Origin: Theionarchaea archaeon
Lineage (GTDB): Archaea > Methanobacteriota_B > Thermococci > Methanofastidiosales > SZ-28-30
Length of the DNA: 64,000 nucleotides
Assembly (NCBI GenBank): GCA_018992685.1
Contig: JACVGT010000003.1
Span: forward strand, 1-64,000
Direction of reading: 5' to 3'
The position numbers were made by a program, and so were the translations under genes. Positions 9,171-18,541 of the stretch are shown in pieces. Each line of letters begins with the position of its first letter. Position 1 is the first letter of the stretch. The notes under the pieces were generated by a model. That model saw nothing but the letters and a program-made list of their open reading frames with translations. It made no database searches and had not been told where the DNA came from.

Positions 9171-9872
9171 ATGACTGAGAATATTCTCAAAGAGACTGCA
9201 CACGCTCTGAGACAACACGGATTCAACACACAGATAGTCTCTACCCGAGAAGAAGCCTGTGCTGCCATTTTGAGCCATATCCCACTGAATTCTCTGGTAG
9301 GAATTGGAGATTCGGCCACAGTGCGCCAGATTGGAATAATAGAAGCTCTGCACACACGAGGAACCAGTATTATCAACCCCTTTAGAGGGAAATTTCGTCG
9401 TGAGACTGCTGTGGCCAGTCTTCTGGCAGATATCTTTCTCACAGGAATCAATGCAGTCACCACAGAGGGCAGCCTGGTGGATGTCGATGGGGCAGGAAAC
9501 CGTATTGCAGGGACTATTTTTGGTCCACCCGAAGTTCTGGTGGTCGCAGGGCAGAATAAGATAGTCAAAAACGTCAATGAAGCTGTGGAAAGACTTAAAA
9601 CAGTCATTGCACCCCGCCATGCTGCAGGAATGGGATATTCCCTCCCCTGCACACAAATAGGTACCTGTCAGGACTGCAATTCGCCAAAGCGGATTTGCCG
9701 GATAGAAGCAGTCATTCGTCGGGCGCCCATGTACACTCAAACTACCGTGCTTCTCGTGGGAGAAGATCTTGGGCTGAGCTGGGATCCTCATTGGGCACCT
9801 GAAAGAATTAGGAAAATTCACACGCAGTACCTCAGTCATGTGTGGAATCCTGCAGCTCAAGAGCCATTTTGA
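9171..9872 (+). CDS. LUD-domain (lactate-utilization/YkgG-like) protein
   Basis: GDSATV, ADIFLTGINAVT.EG.L...DG.GNR, VAGQNKIV, PC...G.C.DC..P.RIC. Confidence 0.82.
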   Translation: MTENILKETAHALRQHGFNTQIVSTREEACAAILSHIPLNSLVGIGDSATVRQIGIIEALHTRGTSIINPFRGKFRRETAVASLLADIFLTGINAVTTEGSLVDVDGAGNRIAGTIFGPPEVLVVAGQNKIVKNVNEAVERLKTVIAPRHAAGMGYSLPCTQIGTCQDCNSPKRICRIEAVIRRAPMYTQTTVLLVGEDLGLSWDPHWAPERIRKIHTQYLSHVWNPAAQEPF

Positions 9873-10211
9873 AGAGTTCGTGGAGGAGGTGCTGTACCCT
9901 CTTTTCTCTTTTCTTAGGGAGGGATTGAACTAATTGATCAAATAATACGTCCTAACGTATTTGTATGATCTCCCCAAGGTCGCCACTAATGCATTCTGGA
10001 CAGCCAAATGCACCAAGCTTGCTCGTGGTTAGAACAAATAGTCCCGGGAAGCAACTAAAAGGAATATGTGGAGATGAAAATGTTGGCAATTCGACACTCA
10101 GCGAAACTTTCAGCAATCAGGGAAATTCGTTCCAGCGTAGGTGTGCCAGAAACATGGTGATTGTGGGGATTAGACACAGTGGAATATTCACCCTATAGAA
10201 ATTATCAGTTC

Positions 10212-10251
10212 TGACAATTTGCAGCATTGTACTACCGAAAAACTTATAAAT
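10212..10251 (+). promoter_or_regulatory. Operon-2 (transporter) promoter with shared upstream element
   Basis: TGACAATTTGCAGCATTGTACTACCGAAAAACTTATAAAT, similar to the promoters at 3673 and 15487. Confidence 0.7.
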
Positions 10252-10304
10252 ATCTTAAAGACTGCTAGGAGATAGGAGCTAACCATGAGAACGGAGGAAC
10301 AAAT

Positions 10305-11405
10305 ATGATGAGAAAAACGAGAAAAGTTTCCATCACCCTAGTCTTGTGCTTGGCGATGGCAGCTCTTGTGGTAAGTGGCTGTATTTCGCAGGAAGAAGAA
10401 AAAACAACCACTGAAACAACGCCCCCCGAAAAACAGAAGGTCGTTCTTGGAACATTTGCAGGCCCCTACGAGGACTACGTCAAGGAAATCGCCGCAGGCT
10501 TTGAAGCAGAGACCGGCATTCAAGTGGAAGTCGTTGCCGTGAACAGTGACAATGAATGGATTTCGAAAATAAAACTGTGGGGAGATGAGCCTGAAGTTCA
10601 TGTCATGTATCTTGGATTACCTCGATTCATCCGAGGAGCCCTTGATGGATTGTGGGCACCTTTGGATATGGACAACATACCTCAATGGAAGAACCTGTAC
10701 CAGGTCGGGCTGGATGCAGGAAAAGGTACAGACGGTGTACAGTATGGAGTACCCTATGACTTTGCAGCCTGGGGTATAATCTACCAGAATGAGCGAGTGT
10801 CAGAGCCCCCCACATCCTGGAAGGACCTCTGGAATGTTGAGAAGTTCGGCAATGTGGGAAGCGAGACCTGGTTTGATCAGTTCTATGCTGCCACAGGAGT
10901 AACCTGGGGCTATGCGCCGGAGCAGTACGAAGAGATTATTGCAAAGATAAAAGAACTGCAGGGTACCGGCGGATTCAGACTTGCCGAATCATATTCCAAG
11001 ATGCAGACTATGCTGCAGATGGGAGATATCAACATGGCAGGGTGCTGGGACGGAAGAGCCTACACCTTTGAGAAAGCAGGTGTTAATGTAGGATGGGTCA
11101 TTCCACAGGAAGGTGCAGTGGCCTGGATTGGACTTCTTGCCATACCTAAGGGTGTTCCCAACCAGGAACTGGCTGAAAAGCTCATTGACTACATTATCAG
11201 CCCAGGTCCTCAGCTGACCTTTGTGGATCTGATTCACTACGGGTCTCCCAACAAGCTCACCCAGCTGACTCCTGAACTGCAGGCCATGGTAGTAGATGGA
11301 GAACAGGAAGTCAACTCTCTGATAGGAATGGAATACTACTGGTTCATGGCTCAGCACTATGATGAGATTCAGGAGTTGTGGGAGCGAGAAATTCTTGGAG
11401 GATGA
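10305..11405 (+). CDS. ABC transporter substrate-binding lipoprotein (PotD/polyamine-opine-like)
   Basis: Signal peptide with lipobox SGC, PPTSWKDLW, WDGRA, IPQEGA motifs. Confidence 0.88.
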   Translation: MMRKTRKVSITLVLCLAMAALVVSGCISQEEEKTTTETTPPEKQKVVLGTFAGPYEDYVKEIAAGFEAETGIQVEVVAVNSDNEWISKIKLWGDEPEVHVMYLGLPRFIRGALDGLWAPLDMDNIPQWKNLYQVGLDAGKGTDGVQYGVPYDFAAWGIIYQNERVSEPPTSWKDLWNVEKFGNVGSETWFDQFYAATGVTWGYAPEQYEEIIAKIKELQGTGGFRLAESYSKMQTMLQMGDINMAGCWDGRAYTFEKAGVNVGWVIPQEGAVAWIGLLAIPKGVPNQELAEKLIDYIISPGPQLTFVDLIHYGSPNKLTQLTPELQAMVVDGEQEVNSLIGMEYYWFMAQHYDEIQELWEREILGG

Positions 11406-11462
11406 AGAAAATTACTTTATTTTTTTCCTTTTTTTGAAATACAGTAAACATAGGTGATTGAA

Positions 11463-12572
11463 ATGGTCATGCCAACTGAGAGAAGGAAAAGTTCAACTTT
11501 GACGGTAGAGTCTTTGACAAAAGTTTTCGGAAATCATACAGCTGTAGATGAGATTTCCTTTCAGACAATCCCGGGGGAGATAACAGCGTTCCTTGGCCCC
11601 AGTGGATGCGGAAAAACCACTACTCTCAGGATTATTGCGGGGTTAGAAAGTCCCACCAGCGGGAGTGTGTACATTGACGGGGAGCAGGTCAATGACGTCC
11701 CTGCTCATAGAAGAGACATTGGACTCGTATTTCAAGATTATGCATTATTTCCTCATATGACAGTACGGCAAAACATTGAGTTTGGCCTGAAGATTAAGGG
11801 GTTGAATCAGCAGGAAATTCAGGAAAGACTGGAAAAATCTCTGACTCAGGTGAATTTGGCAGGGAAGGAAGACAGATATCCCCAGCAGCTCAGTGGAGGA
11901 GAGCAGCAACGAGTGGCTGTGGCAAGAACACTGGTCACGCAGCCCCGCGTTCTCCTCTTTGATGAGCCCTTGAGCAACCTGGATGCCAAACTGCGGGAAT
12001 CCACGAGGCTGGAACTTCATAACCTGCAGAGAAAGCTGGGCATCACATCAATTTATGTTACTCATGATCAGATTGAAGCATTTGCCATTGCAGACAAGAT
12101 CATGTTGATGAACAAGGGAAAGATTGATCAATTCGGCACACCTGAGGAGATCTACGCCAGTCCGCGAACAGCATTCGCAGCTGACTTCATTGGAACATCA
12201 AATATTCTAGAAACGACTGTGCGATCAGTTAACCAAGGAATATGTACACTAGCTCTTAAGAATGGTCAGATGATTACAGGATTCGCAGTGGGGAAAGCCT
12301 CTGAAGTTTCACCGGGAGATCACCTCCTGGTAATGATCAGAACACAGAAGATCAGAATGACCAATACCAAACCAGAAAGGGGTCAGGTAAATATTCTGCC
12401 TGGAAAATGTCTGTATAAGGTCTTTCTCGGTGACTCCACCCGATGTCTCCTGGATGCTGAAGGCATCAGGCTCACTGCTGACTGTGAGAGTGAATGCGTC
12501 ACCAATGTGAGAGAGGGAGATGTCTATGTCTCCTTTGACGTGAGCGCAGTGGTTCCGGTAGGGAGAGGGTGA
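11463..12572 (+). CDS. ABC transporter ATP-binding protein (PotA-like)
   Basis: GPSGCGKTT, FQDYALFPHM, LSGGEQQR, FDEPLSNLD, C-terminal TOBE-like region. Confidence 0.93.
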   Translation: MVMPTERRKSSTLTVESLTKVFGNHTAVDEISFQTIPGEITAFLGPSGCGKTTTLRIIAGLESPTSGSVYIDGEQVNDVPAHRRDIGLVFQDYALFPHMTVRQNIEFGLKIKGLNQQEIQERLEKSLTQVNLAGKEDRYPQQLSGGEQQRVAVARTLVTQPRVLLFDEPLSNLDAKLRESTRLELHNLQRKLGITSIYVTHDQIEAFAIADKIMLMNKGKIDQFGTPEEIYASPRTAFAADFIGTSNILETTVRSVNQGICTLALKNGQMITGFAVGKASEVSPGDHLLVMIRTQKIRMTNTKPERGQVNILPGKCLYKVFLGDSTRCLLDAEGIRLTADCESECVTNVREGDVYVSFDVSAVVPVGRG

Positions 12573-13477
12573 CTGTGGCACCACGGTTCCTTTCTACACT
12601 TGGAGAAAGAATGGGTGCTCTGACGACGAGACGGGCAGGAGCTCTGCTGCTCAGTCCCCTACTTGTCTGTTATGCAGTGGCTTTCATTGCCCCAATCGTC
12701 CTGCTGTTCATAACGAGTTTTGTGGTGGGGAGAGGGTACTATCAACCTGGAACATCCCTGACCACAGAACACTACGTTCACGTGTTTACTGATTCATTTT
12801 ATCAAAAGGTCCTTCTCAATACCCTGGCAATGGGCGTCTATACTACGTGTCTCACTCTGCTCCTAGGATATCCTCTAGCCTATCACCACGCACGGGCCAG
12901 CTCAAAAACCAAAGGGCTGCTGACTATCCTTGTCATTTCGCCCATGTTTGTCTCTCTGGTGGTGAGAGGATATGCATGGTCCATCATGCTTTCAGATCAT
13001 GGGGTGGTCAACAACCTGCTGATGTGGTTTGGGATCATTAACGAGCCTGTGCGGCTGCTGAACACCATGAAAGCAGTGGTTGTGGGAATGGTCAACGTCA
13101 TGCTGCCCTTCATGGTGCTGCCCATTTCCAGTGCAGTAGAAAGCATCAATCCTCACATAGAAGAAAGTGCGTATGTTCTGGGAGCAGGAAAGCTGTACAC
13201 CTTCTTCAAGGTGATCTTTCCATTGAGTCTCCCCGGCGTCATTGCAGGGACTGTGATGACCTTTGCCATAACCATGTCAAGTTTTGTAATGCCTGCACTT
13301 CTGGGCGGACCTGGATTCCAGGTTTTCGGTACTATTATCTACAATAGAATCTTGCTCATCAGCAACTGGCCAGTGGGTGCTGCCATGGCCTTCATCCTGG
13401 TGGCTATTGTGGTTCTTGTCATGTACTTCCAGGAGCGGCTCTTATCTGTTCTCACCAAAAGACGGAGGTTGACGTAA
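12569..13477 (+). CDS. ABC transporter permease (PotB-like)
   Basis: Multiple TM segments, EESAYVLGA (EAA loop), PLSLPGV, PALLGG. Confidence 0.9.
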   Translation: MTVAPRFLSTLGERMGALTTRRAGALLLSPLLVCYAVAFIAPIVLLFITSFVVGRGYYQPGTSLTTEHYVHVFTDSFYQKVLLNTLAMGVYTTCLTLLLGYPLAYHHARASSKTKGLLTILVISPMFVSLVVRGYAWSIMLSDHGVVNNLLMWFGIINEPVRLLNTMKAVVVGMVNVMLPFMVLPISSAVESINPHIEESAYVLGAGKLYTFFKVIFPLSLPGVIAGTVMTFAITMSSFVMPALLGGPGFQVFGTIIYNRILLISNWPVGAAMAFILVAIVVLVMYFQERLLSVLTKRRRLT

Positions 13478-14278
13478 ATGATTCTGGACAGACTGTACAA
13501 ACTGTACGTCTACGTGATGTACTTTTTCATCCTCATTCCCCTAATCATCATCGTGGGAACCTCATTCACCACATCCCAGTATGTGACCTTCCCTCCAGAA
13601 GGGTTTTCCCTCAAGTGGTTTGTGCGTGTCTTGACCTCCTATAGCTGGATGTTCTCCTTCTTCTTGAGTGCGGTGATTGCCCTGGTTTCCATGGGAATTG
13701 CCATTCTCGTCTCCTTGCCTGCTGCCAAAGCACTGGCAAAGCATAGGGTCACATTCCTGGGACGGGATGTGGGAGTTACCCTGCGCACCCTGTTCTTGTC
13801 TCCCATTGTCATCCCCATGATCGTGTTTGGGATTGGAATTGCCATTACGCTGCAGACTCTAGGATTGTACGGTACCTTCCCTGGACTGGTCATTGGTCAC
13901 CTGATCATCGTGGTTCCTTACGTTTTGCGCTCCCTCATCGTGAGTTTTGAAGGAATCCCTGATTCTGTGGAAGAAGCAGCCATTACACTCGGTGCTACCC
14001 CGATTAAGACCTTCTTCAAAGTGACGCTCCCCATGGCAAAATCTGGATTGATTGCGGGGTCTCTCTTCGCATTCATCTGGTCCTTCGAGAATGTCACGGT
14101 GTCCATCTTTCTGGCAGTACCAGGATTGACTCCCCTGCCCATTAGGATGTGGGGGTATCTCTCTGAGTTTGCAGACCCCTCCCTGTGTGCTGTGGCCACT
14201 ATCTTCATCGTGGTAGCCTTTGGTGTCTTCCTCGCGATATACCGCAAGATGGGAAAGGCTTCCATGTTTGCAGTATAG
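13478..14278 (+). CDS. ABC transporter permease (PotC-like)
   Basis: FPPEGFSLKWF, EEAAITLGA, TM segments. Confidence 0.9.
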   Translation: MILDRLYKLYVYVMYFFILIPLIIIVGTSFTTSQYVTFPPEGFSLKWFVRVLTSYSWMFSFFLSAVIALVSMGIAILVSLPAAKALAKHRVTFLGRDVGVTLRTLFLSPIVIPMIVFGIGIAITLQTLGLYGTFPGLVIGHLIIVVPYVLRSLIVSFEGIPDSVEEAAITLGATPIKTFFKVTLPMAKSGLIAGSLFAFIWSFENVTVSIFLAVPGLTPLPIRMWGYLSEFADPSLCAVATIFIVVAFGVFLAIYRKMGKASMFAV

Positions 14279-14287
14279 CTGAGTCCT

Positions 14288-15442
14288 ATGGGTTCCTCAC
14301 GGTATCAGTTCCTGGCTTTGGTGACAGTGGGCGGGCTAATCAGCTATGTGGCGAAAATGCTAATCCCGCCCCTGCTCCCCATTCTTCAGGATGAATTTGC
14401 CATAACCAATTTTCAGGCAGGATTGCTCATGACCGGATACATGGGAGCATATGCTCTGGCCCAGATACCTTCTGGGTTACTGGGAGAGAAATTCGGGAGA
14501 CGACGAGTCATGGCCATAGGCATGGCAGGGTCAGCAGTGACCTCTCTCCTGGTGGCTTTTTCACAATCATATGTCCACATACTCTTGCTGCGGATGTTGT
14601 TCGGGGTTTTTTCGGGGAACTACTACACTCCCGCTACGTCCATTCTGGCCCAGAGATTCAGTGCAAAAGAACGCGGAATGGCGCAGGGAATTTTGATGAT
14701 GGGAGTGCCTGCAGGAACAGCTCTGGCTCCTCTTCTTGCCCTGCCTGTTTCTGAGCAGTGGGGATGGAGAATGAGTTTTCTCCTGGTTTCTTTGGCTGGA
14801 ATTGCAGTTTCGATTCTGTTCTACATACTCACTGAGGAGAAGAAGGAACCCACGCACATGAGAGATCAGATGGTATGGTCTTCCCACATATTCACTATTG
14901 GTATATGCTCTTTTTTCACGGGGGCTACAGTATTTGGATTTCTAACATTTTTCCCGAAGTTTCTTCTATCCAAAGGACTGGAACCAGAGACAGCAGCCTT
15001 TCTCTTCTCAATGCTGGCAATATCAGGACTTGTTGCTGTACCAGCATGCGGGAGACTGTCAGATATTTTGGGACGATTCAAGGTGCTGCTGATATTATTC
15101 ACTGTGCTCTTATTGTCACTTATGGGGTTCTTATTGGTGCCTCCTCGCTTTTTTCCTGTTCTTGTCATACCTACAGGGGCTGTTCTTTCCGGTTACGTTC
15201 CTCCCCTGATGGCGTTTGTAGCTGACCTGTCTCCCGTCAGGGCTCGAGGTTTCTGGATCGGGTATCTCAATACCATGGCATTCGTGGGCGCTGCTTTTGG
15301 CTCAGCCATGGCGGGACTCATCCTTGATCACTATACTTATTCTGAGTTGATTCAGTTCTTCGTCGTGCTGGTGCTGGTCGCCTTGATCATTTACCTGGCA
15401 AAGGTGAGGACAATACCTCGAACTGTGTTGACTTCCAATTAA
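14288..15442 (+). CDS. MFS transporter
   Basis: ~12 TM segments, motif A (GLLGEKFGRR; GRLSDILGR). Confidence 0.9.
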   Translation: MGSSRYQFLALVTVGGLISYVAKMLIPPLLPILQDEFAITNFQAGLLMTGYMGAYALAQIPSGLLGEKFGRRRVMAIGMAGSAVTSLLVAFSQSYVHILLLRMLFGVFSGNYYTPATSILAQRFSAKERGMAQGILMMGVPAGTALAPLLALPVSEQWGWRMSFLLVSLAGIAVSILFYILTEEKKEPTHMRDQMVWSSHIFTIGICSFFTGATVFGFLTFFPKFLLSKGLEPETAAFLFSMLAISGLVAVPACGRLSDILGRFKVLLILFTVLLLSLMGFLLVPPRFFPVLVIPTGAVLSGYVPPLMAFVADLSPVRARGFWIGYLNTMAFVGAAFGSAMAGLILDHYTYSELIQFFVVLVLVALIIYLAKVRTIPRTVLTSN

Positions 15443-15486
15443 CGTGCATCAGCCACTTAGAAGTAATGCAATAATTAGTCTCATCA

Positions 15487-15540
15487 ATTTGACAATTCCG
15501 ATGATTTGTTGCATTATAGTACCGAAATATTTATAAATTG
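15487..15540 (+). promoter_or_regulatory. Operon-3 promoter (identical to operon-1 promoter)
   Basis: 54-bp identity with 3673-3726, includes CCGAAA BRE and TTTATAAA TATA. Confidence 0.8.
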
Positions 15541-16246
15541 AAAGGAGAACTGAGGTTGGTGATACGCATGCCAAAAGTGATTGGAATTTGCGGAAGTGAA
15601 CGACTCAAAGGGAATACAGAGCAATTCATTCAACGCGCACTGGACGTCATTTCAGACTACGGTATCAAAACAGAGCTCATCACTCTTGCTGACAAGAATA
15701 TCAAGGGTGGCTGTATAGGCTGCATATGGTGCAGAGCTAACCGCGCAGAATGTTGCATAAAGGACGATTTCATGCCAATCTGGAAGAAGATGTATGAAGC
15801 CGATGGCATTATTGTGGGATCCCCTGTGTACTGGGGAAGTGCTACTGCCAAGATGAAAGCGGTCCTTGAAAGAGCAGGGACAGTCAGTGAGGGCAGAGAA
15901 CTGGGTAACGTAGATGGCCCGGTCAAAGATCTGGGCTGGCCATACGACGAAAAGCCCCCCGGCCTGTTCTACCACAAGGTGGGAGGAGCTATTGCCACCA
16001 CCCGGAGGACAGGAGCCAATGCAACCCTTGCCGAATTACTGATGTGGTTCATGATCAACAACTTCATTGTTGTGGGGTCCTCATACTGGACCATTGGTGT
16101 AGGAACCAAGAGAGTTGCCAAAGAGACGAAAGGTGGGAAAGCCGGAAGCACGCACACCACCACCATGCTGGAAACAGATGTGGAAGGAGCCGTTACCATC
16201 AAGCACTTTGGCGAGAATTTTGCGTGGGTTGTCAACAACCTTCACG
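15487..16246 (+). repeat. 760-bp direct repeat, copy 2
   Basis: Gap-free match to 3673-4432. Confidence 0.95.
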
Positions 16247-16254
16247 GAAAATAA
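15568..16254 (+). CDS. Iron-sulfur flavoprotein family, copy 2
   Basis: Near-duplicate of 3754-4440; cluster motif CIGCIWC..NRAECC. Confidence 0.88.
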   Translation: MPKVIGICGSERLKGNTEQFIQRALDVISDYGIKTELITLADKNIKGGCIGCIWCRANRAECCIKDDFMPIWKKMYEADGIIVGSPVYWGSATAKMKAVLERAGTVSEGRELGNVDGPVKDLGWPYDEKPPGLFYHKVGGAIATTRRTGANATLAELLMWFMINNFIVVGSSYWTIGVGTKRVAKETKGGKAGSTHTTTMLETDVEGAVTIKHFGENFAWVVNNLHGK

Positions 16255-16294
16255 GTGGAATGAACCACATTTTTTTATTTTATGAGGTGAGAAC

Positions 16295-17422
16295 ATGCAT
16301 GAAATTCCCCTTGTAGACCTTGCACGGCAGTATCAGAGTATCAAACACGAAATTGATACAGTAATCCAGAGAGTACTGGAGAAGGGAATATTCGTATTAG
16401 GAGAGAACGTACAGAAGTTTGAAGAAGAGTTTTCCCGGTATTGTGGTGTCCGCTACGGAATAGGAGTCAACTCTGCTACTGATGCTCTGACTATTGCGTT
16501 GAAAGCTGTAGGAGTAAAAGAGGGAGATGAAGTCTTAGTACCTGCAAACAGCTTCATTGCGACAGCCAATGTTGTAGTATTCTGTGGAGCAACCCCTGTT
16601 TTTGTTGATGTAGAACCAGATACCCTGAATATGGATCCTGAGAAGGCTGTGAGAGCAATAACAAAGAAAACCAAAGCGATAATTCCCGTTCATCTCCATG
16701 GACATCCCGCAGATATGGACCCTCTTCTTGAGGCTGCTGAGGATCATGACCTGGCCGTCATCGAAGATGTGGCTCAGGCAATCAATGCCCTGTACAAGGG
16801 AAAGAAAGTGGGATCTTTGGGCGACATTGGCTGCTTTAGCTTTTACCCCAGCAAGAACCTGGGAGCATATGGTGACGGAGGATTGAATGTCACCGACAAT
16901 GATGAACTGGCTGAAAGAATCCGTCTCCTCAGGAATTACGGGAGAATAGAAAAAGAGTATAAGCAAACCTATGTTCACCGGCTGATTGGGTACAACAGCA
17001 GGCTTGATGAACTGCAGGCTGCTATCCTTCGGTTGAAACTTACGTACCTGGACGGGTGGACTGACAGGAAACGAGAGATCAGCAAGGAGTATACCAAAGG
17101 GTTTGAAGGGTCAGATGTTGAAGCACCTACTGAGAAAGAGTACGCTCGCCACGTGTACTGGGACTATTGCATCAAAGTGAAAGCCAGGGATGCCCTGGAG
17201 AAAGCTCTTCTTGACAAAGGAATCCACACTGCTGTGCTGTACCGGGTCCCCATACACTTGCAGGAAGCATACGCTTACATGGGGCTCAAAGAAGGCTCAT
17301 TCCCCGTAGCTGAGATGACGTGCAGGCACATTCTTTCTCTGCCCCTGTTCCCTGAACTCACTGAGGAGGAGATACAGTTCGTTATAACGCAGGTTAAGAA
17401 TATGGTGGGAGGATTACCATGA
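16295..17422 (+). CDS. DegT/DnrJ/EryC1/StrS family PLP aminotransferase
   Basis: IPLVDL, VIEDVAQA, SFYPSKNLG (PLP lysine), GYNSRLDELQAA, LSLPLFP. Confidence 0.93.
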   Translation: MHEIPLVDLARQYQSIKHEIDTVIQRVLEKGIFVLGENVQKFEEEFSRYCGVRYGIGVNSATDALTIALKAVGVKEGDEVLVPANSFIATANVVVFCGATPVFVDVEPDTLNMDPEKAVRAITKKTKAIIPVHLHGHPADMDPLLEAAEDHDLAVIEDVAQAINALYKGKKVGSLGDIGCFSFYPSKNLGAYGDGGLNVTDNDELAERIRLLRNYGRIEKEYKQTYVHRLIGYNSRLDELQAAILRLKLTYLDGWTDRKREISKEYTKGFEGSDVEAPTEKEYARHVYWDYCIKVKARDALEKALLDKGIHTAVLYRVPIHLQEAYAYMGLKEGSFPVAEMTCRHILSLPLFPELTEEEIQFVITQVKNMVGGLP

Positions 17423-18531
17423 ATTCTGTTATGATTGTAGGGCTGGGAGATATTGGAGAACATGTTCTGGAACTCCTCTGCAGAGCCCCTGAGGTTTCTC
17501 ACATTTATACTGCAGATATTAATGAGGAAGCTTCTCTGCGTAAGATCTACAGTGCGCGGGCGGGAGCGGCTCACCAGGGATTCCATCCTTCTATCGAGTT
17601 TGAGAAGGTTGATCTCAATGATGTGGATGCCACAGTTTCCTACATAGAGAGGGTCAACCCTGGAGTGATTATTTCCGCTGTGACGCTCTTAACCTGGTGG
17701 GCGCCAGAGGCTGCAGCGAAGAATATCGATTTTAAGAGGCTGGATGAGGCTGGATTCGGAGCGTGGCTTCCCCTGCACATTGCCCTGACATATAAATTAA
17801 TGAAAGCAGTGAAGAAAGCAGGGATTTCTCCTCCAGTGGTCAACTGTTCTTTCCCTGATGCTATTAATCACATCCTGGGAAAAGTTGGACTGGCGCCCAC
17901 TGTGGGCATTGGAAACTGTGACTTGTTTGTCCCGGAAATCCAGAAAATCGTGGCAGATGTATTTCAGGTATCTATGAAGAGTGTCTCAGTGTACCTGGTA
18001 GGACACCACTACCTGTGTCATGTATTGAATTCGTATCGCTCTACCTTGGAGACTCCCTACTACTTACGTGTGTTCGTGGATTGGAAGGATGTCACAGATC
18101 AGCTTGACGCCGATGACCTTCTTGTGAGAGCCAATACCTACATGCCCAAGGGAGTGCAGGACCATTTCATTGTGGCAGCCTCTGCTATAAAAGACGCGCT
18201 CCATCTCCTCAATGACACACATGAATTAACCTATGCCCCGGGTCCCATGGGCCTCCCTGGCGGGTACCCCGTGCGCATTGGCGGTGGAATGGCCCAGGTG
18301 GAACTGCCAGATGACATCACCCTGGAGGATGCAGTCAGGATTAATGAAGAGTCTCAAAGGCGCGACGGCATTGAACAGGTTCTGGACGATGGGACTGTGA
18401 TATTCCCCACAAAGACGGTTGAAGTCATGGATGAGATCCTGGGCTATCACTGTGAATCTTTGGCCCTGGAGGAGAGCGGAGAACGAGCGAAGGAACTTCT
18501 GGCGGCCTACAAGAAAAAGCTTTCAGGCTGA
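17419..18531 (+). CDS. Uncharacterised NAD(P)-dependent oxidoreductase (Rossmann; LDH/MDH-like layout)
   Basis: GLGDIG...ADIN nucleotide-binding start, VVNCSFPD (compare NxxNP in LDH/GH4), GHH, GLPGGYPV. Confidence 0.6.
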   Translation: MNSVMIVGLGDIGEHVLELLCRAPEVSHIYTADINEEASLRKIYSARAGAAHQGFHPSIEFEKVDLNDVDATVSYIERVNPGVIISAVTLLTWWAPEAAAKNIDFKRLDEAGFGAWLPLHIALTYKLMKAVKKAGISPPVVNCSFPDAINHILGKVGLAPTVGIGNCDLFVPEIQKIVADVFQVSMKSVSVYLVGHHYLCHVLNSYRSTLETPYYLRVFVDWKDVTDQLDADDLLVRANTYMPKGVQDHFIVAASAIKDALHLLNDTHELTYAPGPMGLPGGYPVRIGGGMAQVELPDDITLEDAVRINEESQRRDGIEQVLDDGTVIFPTKTVEVMDEILGYHCESLALEESGERAKELLAAYKKKLSG

Positions 18532-18541
18532 AGGTGAGTGT

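Noticed and set aside
9965-10198. 77-aa ORF and hairpin AATACGT-CCTA-ACGTATT in the spacer before the ABC operon
   Set aside because: No SD or recognisable motif, and a 7-bp stem is expected by chance
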